Below, piece after piece: positions 53,071 through 62,026 of a stretch of DNA of 64,000 bases. The DNA comes from Candidatus Shapirobacteria bacterium (lineage in GTDB: Bacteria; Patescibacteriota; Microgenomatia; UBA12405). Each line of letters starts with the position of its first letter. Within the stretch, counting starts at the first letter, position 1. The stretch is from positions 204,270-268,269 of the forward strand of contig JBAYIT010000001.1 in assembly GCA_041665485.1 (NCBI GenBank), written 5' to 3'. The position numbers and the translations under genes were made by a program. The notes under the pieces were generated by a model, which searched no databases, was not told the origin of the DNA, and saw nothing but the letters and a program-made list of their open reading frames with translations.

Positions 53071-55623
53071 ATGGCGGAAGAAAATAAATTTAAAGAAATT
53101 GAATCTAAATGGCAGGATTATTGGAATAAAAATCCTGATTTATATTCGGCTAAAGATAATTCGGATAAACCTAAAAAATATGTTTTAGTGGAGTTTCCGT
53201 ACCCGTCTGGATCGGGGTTACATATCGGTCATGCTTTTTCGTTTACTGGGGGAGATGTCTATGCTCGGTTTAAACGGATGCAGGGGAATAATGTGATGTT
53301 TCCAATGGGTTGGGATGCTTTTGGCTTACCGACAGAAAACCATGCAATAAAAATGAAACGCAGGCCACAGGAGGTAACTAAGGAAAATACCGATAATTTT
53401 AGAGAGGAGATGAAAAAGCTGGCTTTTTCGTTTGATTGGAGCCGGGAAGTAAATACAACCGACCCTGATTATTATAAATGGACACAGTGGATATTTATAA
53501 AATTATTCGAGAAGGGGTTGGCATATAAGCAAGAAATGCCAATTAACTGGTGTCCTAGTTGTAAAATTGGGTTAGCAAACGAGGAAGTCATCGATAATAA
53601 ATGTGAGAGATGTGGGGCGGAGGTATCCAGACGTAATATTAGCCAGTGGGTGGTAAAAATTACCGATTATGCGGATAGATTAATTGATGGTTTGAAAGAG
53701 ACGGATTTTATTGAAAAAGTAAAGCAGGCACAGATTAATTGGATTGGACGCTCGCAGGGAGCTCGCATTAAGTTTCAAGTTAAAAGTTTGTCAAGTTTAT
53801 CAAGTGTTAGAAAGTTAGAAGTATTTACCACCAGGGCGGATACGTTGTGGGGAGTAACATTTATGGTGATCAGCCCGGAACATCCATTCGTCGCTTCGCT
53901 CCTTAAGTCGAAAGTTATAAAGTTAGAAAGTTTGAAAGCAGTTGAAGATTATGTAAATCAGGCGAGGAAAAAGAGTGATTTAGAGAGGGCGGAATTGCAG
54001 AAAGAAAAGACAGGAGTGTTTACTGGGGTGTATGTGGTTAATCCGGCTAATGGCAAAGAAATTCCTCTGTATGTGGCCGATTACGTGTTAATGGGTTATG
54101 GAACAGGGGTGGTGATGGGTGTGCCGGCGCACGATCAGAGGGATTGGGATTTTGCCAAGAAATATAATTTGGAAGTAATTCCGGTGATAGAAGATGGTGG
54201 ACATGATTATGTAAAAGAAGCAATGGTGAGTGTTGATAAAGGCAAGATGATTAATTCCGGGTTTGCAACAGGAATGGAGGTGAAAGAAGCGATCAATAAG
54301 GTTAATGAGTGGGTGGAAAAGGAGGGGATAGGCGAGAGAACCAATATGTATCATTTACGAGATTGGATATTCAGCCGGCAACATTATTGGGGAGAACCTA
54401 TACCAATGATTTTTTGCGAAAGTTGTGCAAAAAATCAGAATCTAGAATCTAGAATCAAGAATCAAGAAGAAAACAGAAAAAAAATAAATGCAGGGTGGTA
54501 TCCGGTTCCGGAAGAGCAATTGCCGATTAAATTGCCCGAGGTAGAGGCTTATGAACCGACAGATACAGGGGAGTCGCCACTGGCGAAAATGACTGATTGG
54601 GTTAAAACGACATGTCCTAAGTGTGGTGGGGAGGCAAAAAGAGAGACAGATACCATGCCCAACTGGGCTGGATCAGATTGGTATTTTCTAAGATACTGTG
54701 ATCCTGTTAATGATACAGAATTAGCTAGTCAGGAAAAGATAAAATACTGGATGCCGGTGGATGTTTATGTGGGTGGAGACGAACACAATACTTTGCATCT
54801 ACTTTATTCTAGATTTATATATAATTTTCTATTTGACTTGGAGGTAGTACCAACACCAGAGCCATATAAAATAAGAATGTCACACGGTGTCATACTAGGT
54901 CCAGATAGCCAGAGGATGAGCAAATCGAGAGGAAATGTGGTGGTGCCATCAGTAGTGGCGGACAAGTACGGAGTTGATGTGCTAAGGTTGTATTTGATGT
55001 TTATGGGACCATTCGATTCGACAATGGTATGGAATGAAAAAACGGTGATGGGAGCAAAAAGGTTTCTTGATCGCTTCGCTCAATTTATCAAAATCCAATT
55101 TTCAATTTTCAATGAAACTGTAGAAAGTAGCAAGGAAGTTAAGGTGATAATTAATAAATTGGTGGCGGGAGTAACGAGGGATTTGGAGAGTTTTGGCTAT
55201 AATACGGCCATAGCAAAGCTTATGGAAGCTTTGCATAAATTTTCAAAATCCAATTTTCAATTTTCAATTGAGGACATAAAAACGCTGATTAAGTTATTGG
55301 CGCCGTTGGCGCCGTACACTGCAGAAGAATTGTGGAGTCAAGTTAGAGACAAGGATGATGATGATGTTTCGGTGCATGTGGCGCCGTGGCCGAGGGTGGA
55401 GGAGAAGTACTTGGTGGAGGAGACTGTGACTATGCCGGTGATGGTAAATGGGAAAGTGAGAGAGCAGATCGTAGTTGATAGATCGTCGATCGTAGATAAG
55501 AAGAAAATAGTTAAAATGGCGAAGGAGAAAGAGAAGATAAAAAAGTGGTTGGAGGAGTGTGAAATATTAAAGGAAATCTATGTTCCAGGGAAACTAGTGA
55601 ACTTTGTTGTCAGTACAAAGTAG
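53071..55623 (+). CDS. leuS: Leucine--tRNA ligase
   Basis: FPYPSGSGLHIGH, GWDAFGLP, editing domain GYGTGVVMGVPAHD, RMSKS. Confidence 0.97.
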   Translation: MAEENKFKEIESKWQDYWNKNPDLYSAKDNSDKPKKYVLVEFPYPSGSGLHIGHAFSFTGGDVYARFKRMQGNNVMFPMGWDAFGLPTENHAIKMKRRPQEVTKENTDNFREEMKKLAFSFDWSREVNTTDPDYYKWTQWIFIKLFEKGLAYKQEMPINWCPSCKIGLANEEVIDNKCERCGAEVSRRNISQWVVKITDYADRLIDGLKETDFIEKVKQAQINWIGRSQGARIKFQVKSLSSLSSVRKLEVFTTRADTLWGVTFMVISPEHPFVASLLKSKVIKLESLKAVEDYVNQARKKSDLERAELQKEKTGVFTGVYVVNPANGKEIPLYVADYVLMGYGTGVVMGVPAHDQRDWDFAKKYNLEVIPVIEDGGHDYVKEAMVSVDKGKMINSGFATGMEVKEAINKVNEWVEKEGIGERTNMYHLRDWIFSRQHYWGEPIPMIFCESCAKNQNLESRIKNQEENRKKINAGWYPVPEEQLPIKLPEVEAYEPTDTGESPLAKMTDWVKTTCPKCGGEAKRETDTMPNWAGSDWYFLRYCDPVNDTELASQEKIKYWMPVDVYVGGDEHNTLHLLYSRFIYNFLFDLEVVPTPEPYKIRMSHGVILGPDSQRMSKSRGNVVVPSVVADKYGVDVLRLYLMFMGPFDSTMVWNEKTVMGAKRFLDRFAQFIKIQFSIFNETVESSKEVKVIINKLVAGVTRDLESFGYNTAIAKLMEALHKFSKSNFQFSIEDIKTLIKLLAPLAPYTAEELWSQVRDKDDDDVSVHVAPWPRVEEKYLVEETVTMPVMVNGKVREQIVVDRSSIVDKKKIVKMAKEKEKIKKWLEECEILKEIYVPGKLVNFVVSTK

Positions 55624-56118
55624 AATACTAACATTTAGCAAAATATAGTTTTGTCTGCCAAAGGAATTTTGTAGTTAATTGTATTGGACTTTTGGCTATA
55701 AAGTTGTTTGTTGTTAATTGATTGTTGGTTGTGGAAAAGTCGGTGGGTATTTTATTAATTTGTGGGCAGATAGTATTGGAGCGGGATCTTTGAAGTAATA
55801 GCTAGCAGGCTTTTTAAGCTGAAGAGACAACCGTGAAATATTATTAAAAATAGCTTTTGATGTGGAGGCAGTATGTAGAAATGACAATAGGAAATAGATA
55901 GAGTTGGTGGTCGACAATGGTTGGTTTGGCTTTGAATGCGGTTTATGTGATCTACTAAATTAGATAAAGATAATACTTCGATGTATCTGTTTTTATCTTT
56001 TTACGGTTATTGACTAGAGAGGAAAAAAGAGTAAAAACGATGCAGAGAAAATACGGAGATGTTAGAAAAAGATGCGGAGATAGTAGACTAGATGGATTCA
56101 ATCGGTACGGTAATTGTG

Positions 56119-56190
56119 TATCCCCAGGTGGAAACGAACCACCATTTCAGGTTTAGGAAACCCGCGTTCTATCCATTGAACTATAGGGAC
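56119..56190 (-). tRNA. tRNA-Arg(CCU)
   Basis: GTCCCTATAGTTCAATGGATAGAACGCGGGTTTCCTAAACCTGAAATGGTGGTTCGTTTCCACCTGGGGATA folds as a cloverleaf with anticodon CCT. Confidence 0.92.
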
Positions 56191-56285
56191 GAGAACAAGT
56201 TTGAAAGTCCAAAAAGTCCTAAAAGTAAAAAGTAAATTATCATTTGCTTTCAACTTTCTAACTTTGAAACTTTTTGGACTTAGAG

Positions 56286-56358
56286 TCGGGGACGCGGGAT
56301 TCGAACCCGCAACCTCACGATCCCGAACCGTGCGCGCTACCAGTTGCGCTAGTCCCCG
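56286..56358 (-). tRNA. tRNA-Pro(CGG)
   Basis: CGGGGACTAGCGCAACTGGTAGCGCGCACGGTTCGGGATCGTGAGGTTGCGGGTTCGAATCCCGCGTCCCCGA; anticodon CGG. Confidence 0.95.
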
Positions 56359-56737
56359 CCTACGCTCTTCGAGCTTCGGCGGGCAATGCCCGCTTCTACT
56401 CGTAGTCAAGGCTACGGCAGGTAAACCCGCTCTAGCCTTGTAGGTATGAGTATTATAAATGATAAATAGGACTTTTGAATTACAGGATAGGTGGGGTAGT
56501 GATGGCTTTGTTTATATAGATTTATCTTAAATAGTGTTTTGATATATATATTGAAATCTTGGTTAATAAAAATTAGCAGGAGCGGGAGATGAATGCCAGA
56601 GAACTTAATGGTTAATTGGGGTGGGGGGTAGGGGGGAATTTAGAATATACGAATCTAGAATCTAGAATCTAGAATTACGAAATAAGGAACAAGTTTGTAA
56701 ATAATTAATTATAAATATAGGATATTTTAGGATGGGC

Positions 56738-56772
56738 TTGACAAAGGAGGGGAAAATACCTAGACTTAATTT
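56738..56772 (+). promoter_or_regulatory. Sigma70 promoter of a leaderless gene
   Basis: TTGACA-N17-TAGACT-N6-ATG(56773). Confidence 0.7.
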
Positions 56773-57123
56773 ATGAATAATCAAGATAGAAATACTAGAA
56801 CTTTGATCGTTAGTTTTGCGATTGCAATTATGGCTCTGGTGCCTCTTCGGATGGTAGAGGTAGGGCAGATGGCGAGTTTTATGGAGGTCAATAACCCGGT
56901 GGTTTTAGGTGAGTCGACGGTGGCCGAGCAGCCGGTGGTGAAAAGCGACACCCTATTAGAAGCTCCTTATCGGGAGATTGAAGAGAGGTGTGCTAACGAT
57001 GTAGTTTTGAATGAAAGGATAAAAGTGTTGGAAGCCAAATTGAACCAAAGTGGCTGGACGGAAGGCCAAGTGGGAGAAATGCTGAAGGGGATTAAAGAGA
57101 TGGAGATGGAGAAATGTCGGTAA
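56773..57123 (+). CDS. Hypothetical membrane-anchored protein
   Basis: N-terminal TM, VVLGES motif and a clear promoter. Confidence 0.75.
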   Translation: MNNQDRNTRTLIVSFAIAIMALVPLRMVEVGQMASFMEVNNPVVLGESTVAEQPVVKSDTLLEAPYREIEERCANDVVLNERIKVLEAKLNQSGWTEGQVGEMLKGIKEMEMEKCR

Positions 57124-57132
57124 ATCAAAATC

Positions 57133-57217
57133 ACGTCATCGCGAGGCCGAAGGCCGTGGCGATCTCGTTTGGGATTGCTTCGTCTTCCCGATAAATCGGG
57201 ACTCCTCGCAATGACGT
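57133..57217. repeat. Palindromic REP/RPE-like element (copy 2)
   Basis: ACGTCATCGCGAGG ... CCTCGCAATGACGT, located between convergent genes. Confidence 0.8.
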
Positions 57218-57227
57218 TAGAAACTTT

Positions 57228-58433
57228 TTACCTAATCGTAATGGCGTAGAGGTTTTCGGGGGCGCTGTCGTAGGGTGAGATAACAGTAACCAGATCAAGG
57301 CCGTTGGTGGAAGTGGCTAGAACCAGAGCCATAAACTGGCCTTTGAAGAGAGTTTGGCGGTTGGAACCATCGGAGTCAGAAGCGTAAATAGTGTCGGTGG
57401 TGGCTAAAATCAGATTGTCGCTATTGGGGAGCCAAAAAAGATGGGAAAACTGGCCATTATCGGCGATCAGATAATTGGTGTCGTTTTTGAGGTCATAAAC
57501 ATAATATTTTAGAGGTTCAATTTGGCGTTGCTGGGGAAGATTGTTTTGGCTGGGTGGAGTAACAGTGAGGATAGGAGAAAGATTAATTTTTTTGTTTGCA
57601 AGATAGAGAATTTTCGATTCATCGGGAGAAAATTGAAGATGAGAGGAACTTTGGGTAGAAATTGCCGATTGAAGTGAGGATGGCAGACGGGAAATTTGAG
57701 AATTAATGAGGGTAGTTTGTTGAGTTTGCCATTCCTCTTTAATAATAGGTATTTGGGTGGTGACATCAAAAAGTTTGCCAGAAGTGATGGCAGAATCAAG
57801 TTTTATTAAGTAGTTGATGGCAGGTTTGAGGCTGGTGGCGAGAATGGATTTGCCGTCGGGAGCAAAAATAAAACTAAAGTGAGACCAATTAATACCAACA
57901 AAGTCGGGGGCGATTTGTTTGGGGGTGTTGTGGCCGAAAGAGAGAGGATAGCCCTGGTCTTCAAGGAGGTAGAGGCCATTGTCTTTGGTGGCGGAGGCGG
58001 ATGCAACAGCAAAGACTATTTTGGTATTGTCGGGGCTGACGGTGGGGTTGATGGCTCCGACGAAAGTAACCGGTTTAAGATTGGGGGCAGAACGAAAGAG
58101 TTGAGCACTAACCGGGCTGACAATTTCTTTTTTGATAGTGACCAGTTTAGCCCAAGGGAGATAACCATCTTTGGCAATCCTGACTTGGTAATTTCCCGGG
58201 ACGAGATTGAGAGTGTCGTCGGTGGCGGTAACTAGGCGGTCGTCGAGATAGACGGAGGCAGATTTGGGGGAAGAAGTGGCGGAAAGAAGACCGGTGGCTT
58301 GAAATTTTGGGCCATTGCTAAAATTAAGACGATAGCCTTTGCCAAAAACCACCAGGATGTAGGTGCCACAAACAACGAAGGTAAGAACAGAAAGGAGAAT
58401 AAGGAGACTCCTGTTATCTGATGGACGGGACAT
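57228..58433 (-). CDS. PEGA-domain protein with beta-propeller-like region
   Basis: GKGYR...TGLLSATSSPKSASVYLD...LVPGNYQVRIAKDGYLPW; SPD repeats. Confidence 0.85.
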   Translation of the reverse strand: MSRPSDNRSLLILLSVLTFVVCGTYILVVFGKGYRLNFSNGPKFQATGLLSATSSPKSASVYLDDRLVTATDDTLNLVPGNYQVRIAKDGYLPWAKLVTIKKEIVSPVSAQLFRSAPNLKPVTFVGAINPTVSPDNTKIVFAVASASATKDNGLYLLEDQGYPLSFGHNTPKQIAPDFVGINWSHFSFIFAPDGKSILATSLKPAINYLIKLDSAITSGKLFDVTTQIPIIKEEWQTQQTTLINSQISRLPSSLQSAISTQSSSHLQFSPDESKILYLANKKINLSPILTVTPPSQNNLPQQRQIEPLKYYVYDLKNDTNYLIADNGQFSHLFWLPNSDNLILATTDTIYASDSDGSNRQTLFKGQFMALVLATSTNGLDLVTVISPYDSAPENLYAITIR

Positions 58434-58577
58434 GAAGTTAGTATAAAGGATTAAGAGATAAGATGCAAGAACTAAGAGATAAGAAATGGTGGAGATTTAC
58501 AGACAAATTTTTAATTTGAAATTTGAAATTTTTAATCAATTTTTAATTTTAAATGTTTAAGTGTGTAAAATGAGGAG

Positions 58578-59579
58578 ATGAGATTATTTAAAAGATTGGG
58601 AATAGATCTTGGGACTTCAAACACGGTGATTTGGACTGAAGGAGAAGGAATAGTCTTAAATGAATCAACAATGGTGGCGGTGGCGCTTGAGGACAAACAG
58701 CTGTTGGCAGCCGGGGAAGAGGCAAAGAAAATGTCGGGGAAAACTCCGGATTATATTGAGGTTATCCGACCAATGAACGAGGGGGTGGTGGCTGATTTTG
58801 AGGTAACGGTGGCAATGATGAGGTATTTTTTGAGAAAAGTAATGGGAAAACTGTGGATGTTTGGCCCGGAAGTGTTGGTGTCGGTGCCAAGCGGAGCAAC
58901 TGAAGTAGAGCTAAGGGCGGTGATTGATGCAATCCTGGCAGCCGGAGCAAGAAAGGTTAATCTAATCGATGAGCCATTGGCGGCGGCCATTGGAGCAAAA
59001 ATTCCGATCGCTGAGTCTTTTGGGAATATGGTGGTGAGCGTGGGTGGCGGGTCAACTGAAGTGGCAGTGATAGCTCTTGGCGGAGTGGTGGCTCATAGTA
59101 GTATTCGGGTGGGAGGAGATCGAATTGATGAAGCGATTGTGTCCTATTTGAGAAAAAAACATAATTTATTGGTGGGGGAGCAGACAGCCGAGGCGATAAA
59201 GATAAAATTAGGGAGTGCGGTGAAGTTGAAACGTCCGGAGACGATGGAGGTGTCGGGGAGGGATGTGGTTAATGGTTTGCCGAAGAATGAGGTGGTTGAT
59301 TCGGACGGGGTGTATGAGGCGATTTTAGGAGTGTTGGAAGTGATTGTGGGGGCGGTGAGGCAGACACTTGAAGTGACACCGCCGGAGTTAGTGTCGGATG
59401 TGGCCGACAGAGGAATTGTGTTGTGTGGTGGGAGTGTTCAGTTGAGGGGATTTGACACTTTAATGACTCGGGAAATTGGGGTATCGACTCATGTGGTTTC
59501 TGAGCCGCAAATGGCGGTAATCAGGGGGGTGGGGATGGCGGTGGAGAATTTGGAAATCTATAGGCAAGCGCTACGGTGA
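58578..59579 (+). CDS. mreB: Rod shape-determining protein MreB/Mbl
   Basis: GIDLGTSNT, IRPMNEGVVADF, EPLAAAIGA, GGGSTEVA, GIVLCGG. Confidence 0.93.
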   Translation: MRLFKRLGIDLGTSNTVIWTEGEGIVLNESTMVAVALEDKQLLAAGEEAKKMSGKTPDYIEVIRPMNEGVVADFEVTVAMMRYFLRKVMGKLWMFGPEVLVSVPSGATEVELRAVIDAILAAGARKVNLIDEPLAAAIGAKIPIAESFGNMVVSVGGGSTEVAVIALGGVVAHSSIRVGGDRIDEAIVSYLRKKHNLLVGEQTAEAIKIKLGSAVKLKRPETMEVSGRDVVNGLPKNEVVDSDGVYEAILGVLEVIVGAVRQTLEVTPPELVSDVADRGIVLCGGSVQLRGFDTLMTREIGVSTHVVSEPQMAVIRGVGMAVENLEIYRQALR

Positions 59580-60115
59580 TACATTCCAAAATCTTAACTT
59601 GTAATATTTTGGAATAATTTCTAATTTCCAATTTCTAATTTCCAAAAAAAGACAATATAAATCTAAATTAGAAATAAGAGATAAGAGATAAGAATTAAGA
59701 TAGTTTCTGTTGATATATAGATAAATAGTTTGAGTAAAACAGTTGTTCAATATGATTAGTAATTGGTAATTAGTAATTGGTAATTGGTAACTTATAATAA
59801 GTTTGGCGAAGAATAGGTGATATAGTTATGTAAATAGACTTATAAAGTGATAGTTTTTGGGGCGAATTTTAGCTTATAATGGTGAAAAATTAAGAATTAT
59901 AGAGAGATTTGCTAAAAAAAATTTAAGAATTTAAAAATTTAAGAAAATGGATTGGTTTGAACTAGAGAGGAAAGTGGAGTTTGATATAGTTTTATTAAAA
60001 AAATAGATAAAATTTTAAATTTTAAATTTTAAATTGAGGCTGAAGATAGCTAGTTTTTATAATATTTTAGTTTTGGCAGGAGGGAGAGGGAGTGCTAAGG
60101 GTTTATAATCATAAT

Positions 60116-61006
60116 ATGAGAAGTGGGTTTAAAGCTTGGGATTTGTGGGGAGTACCCCTCTTTGTAGGTACAAAGAGGGAAATTTTTCCGTCTGAGACGG
60201 ACTCCGCTTCGCTTCGTAATTTTCAACCATTTTGGATTGCGACGGTCAATCCGGAACATGTGATGAAGGCGGTTGAGGATAAGAGCTATATGGAGTTGTT
60301 GAACAAGACGGATATAAATGTGATGGATGGGATTGGTCTCCTGTGGGCTAAAGCCCTGCAGGAGAAGTTCCAAATTACAAAAAACAATTTCTCCGCCAGA
60401 GGCGGACTCCGCTTCGCTTCGCAAACAAGTTCTAAAAAACAATTTCCAAATTTACAAACTATTTTGAAAAAGTTATGGATTGGGTTTTGGGTGGGGATAG
60501 AAATTTTGGGAGGGAAACATAGGGAGGGGTTGATAGCGGGAAGTGAGTTGATGAAGGAAATGATTGAGGAGGCGGGAAGAACGGGGAAGAAGGTCTTTTT
60601 ATTGGGGGGGTGGGGAGACCGAGCCGCCGTTGCGGCTCGAAATTTTAAATTTTTAATTTTTAATTTTAAAAATAATTTGAAAATAGAAACGTGCGCGGGG
60701 GAGCCGGTCGAGTCAAACTCGATGGTAATTGAAAAAATAAATAAGTTTCAGCCGGATTATTTGTTTGTGGCCTATGGGATGAAGAAACAGGAGGAGTGGA
60801 TTTTGAAAAATAAAGATAAATTGAAAGTGGGGATGGTGATGGGGGTGGGGCGGAGCTTTGACTACTATAGTGGCGACCTAAAAATAGCGCCAAAATGGGT
60901 GAGAAGAATGGGATTAGAGTGGCTTTACAGCCTGATTCAGGAGCCTAAACGTTGGCGCCGTCAGCTGGCGTTGGTGAGGTTTGTGGGGAGGGTGATTTTG
61001 AGTTGA
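60116..61006 (+). CDS. WecB/TagA/CpsF family glycosyltransferase
   Basis: IATVNPEH, DGIGL, LFVAYGMKKQEEW, MGVGRSFD, APKWVRRMGLEWLYSLIQEPKRWRRQ. Confidence 0.92.
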   Translation: MRSGFKAWDLWGVPLFVGTKREIFPSETDSASLRNFQPFWIATVNPEHVMKAVEDKSYMELLNKTDINVMDGIGLLWAKALQEKFQITKNNFSARGGLRFASQTSSKKQFPNLQTILKKLWIGFWVGIEILGGKHREGLIAGSELMKEMIEEAGRTGKKVFLLGGWGDRAAVAARNFKFLIFNFKNNLKIETCAGEPVESNSMVIEKINKFQPDYLFVAYGMKKQEEWILKNKDKLKVGMVMGVGRSFDYYSGDLKIAPKWVRRMGLEWLYSLIQEPKRWRRQLALVRFVGRVILS

Positions 61007-61010
61007 AAAG

Positions 61011-61030
61011 CCTGCCTGCCGGCAGGCAGG
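61011..61030. repeat. Perfect 20-bp palindrome
   Basis: CCTGCCTGCCGGCAGGCAGG between convergent genes. Confidence 0.85.
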
Positions 61031-61064
61031 TCCAAAAATGTTCTTTGAGAGGGGATTTTGGCCT

Positions 61065-61832
61065 TTAACCTTCATATAAACGATAGAAACATTTTTGAAA
61101 AGGACGATGTTCTCTGAGTCTGTCAAGGGCTGATTGGAGGTTGTCGATAGTAAGTTGGGTAATTTGAGCTGGAGAGGTTCGTTTGGTTTGAATAAGGCCG
61201 GCGGATATGGCTTGTTGGGCTGAGGCTAGGTGGCTTAGACAAATACCGTGTTCGAGCCCGTAACGTAGGTGTAAGATCAAACGTTGGGTTGGGGTTATGC
61301 CGGGACGGGGGGTAGCTCCTCTTTTGTCGTGCCCTCGGTTGATGAGATCATATTCTGTGGCTGTGTCTAGTGCTCTTTTAATAGCATTTAGTCTATCTTG
61401 ACGAGCAAAGGGTAAATCGAAAACTGGAAGAGGACGATCAAATAATTCTTTAATGAGCCATGTTTCTGGGCCAATGGCGAGGTATTCTAATATTCTATTG
61501 ACACCGGGTATGACCTTGGTTTTACTCCGACGATCTTCGTGAAGTGTCAGAGTGGTATCGGGTGATGCATGGAGGATATCTCCGAGAGTAACTATTCCAT
61601 ATTGTTTGGCTAGCCCCTCAAGATACTTCGGAGAGATAATGTAGGAGGGGGTATGGGTGGCTGAATCGTATGGTAGACCTATGCTTGTGAGTGGATACAT
61701 CAACACTTCTGGTGAAGGCGGGTAGGCAATAAGTTGTTGTCGGATATTTGGATTGATAGAAACTTGGAAAAAACTGTCTGGCCTGAATTGGCTGAAATCG
61801 AGCCGTGGTTGAAGTAGTCCTTCTTTAAACAT
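61065..61832 (-). CDS. Hypothetical protein with possible sigma70 region-4-like C-terminus
   Basis: TPTQRLILHLRYGL...SALDRLR; TATAAT lies 7 nt before the ATG. Confidence 0.6.
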   Translation of the reverse strand: MFKEGLLQPRLDFSQFRPDSFFQVSINPNIRQQLIAYPPSPEVLMYPLTSIGLPYDSATHTPSYIISPKYLEGLAKQYGIVTLGDILHASPDTTLTLHEDRRSKTKVIPGVNRILEYLAIGPETWLIKELFDRPLPVFDLPFARQDRLNAIKRALDTATEYDLINRGHDKRGATPRPGITPTQRLILHLRYGLEHGICLSHLASAQQAISAGLIQTKRTSPAQITQLTIDNLQSALDRLREHRPFQKCFYRLYEG

Positions 61833-62026
61833 GAATTTGATTATATATGGTGGTGGAAAGAATATAATTATTTATATGGCTGGAGAGCGGGAGTGTGTGG
61901 TGGGGGATGTGGAAAAATTGCCGTGGTATGAAAAAGGCGGGGTGCAAACTTGCCCGTTTAAGGGAATGATTGAGGTGAGGGTTGGAATGCAAAGAGAACA
62001 GGTTGGAGGCAAACTTTGCTTGGCAA

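Noticed and set aside
55624-56110. Gene or ncRNA in the leuS-tRNA gap
   Set aside because: No convincing ORF, stem or repeat could be supported by eye.
59580-60090. CRISPR array
   Set aside because: No constant 25-45-bp repeat with regular spacers and no cas genes.
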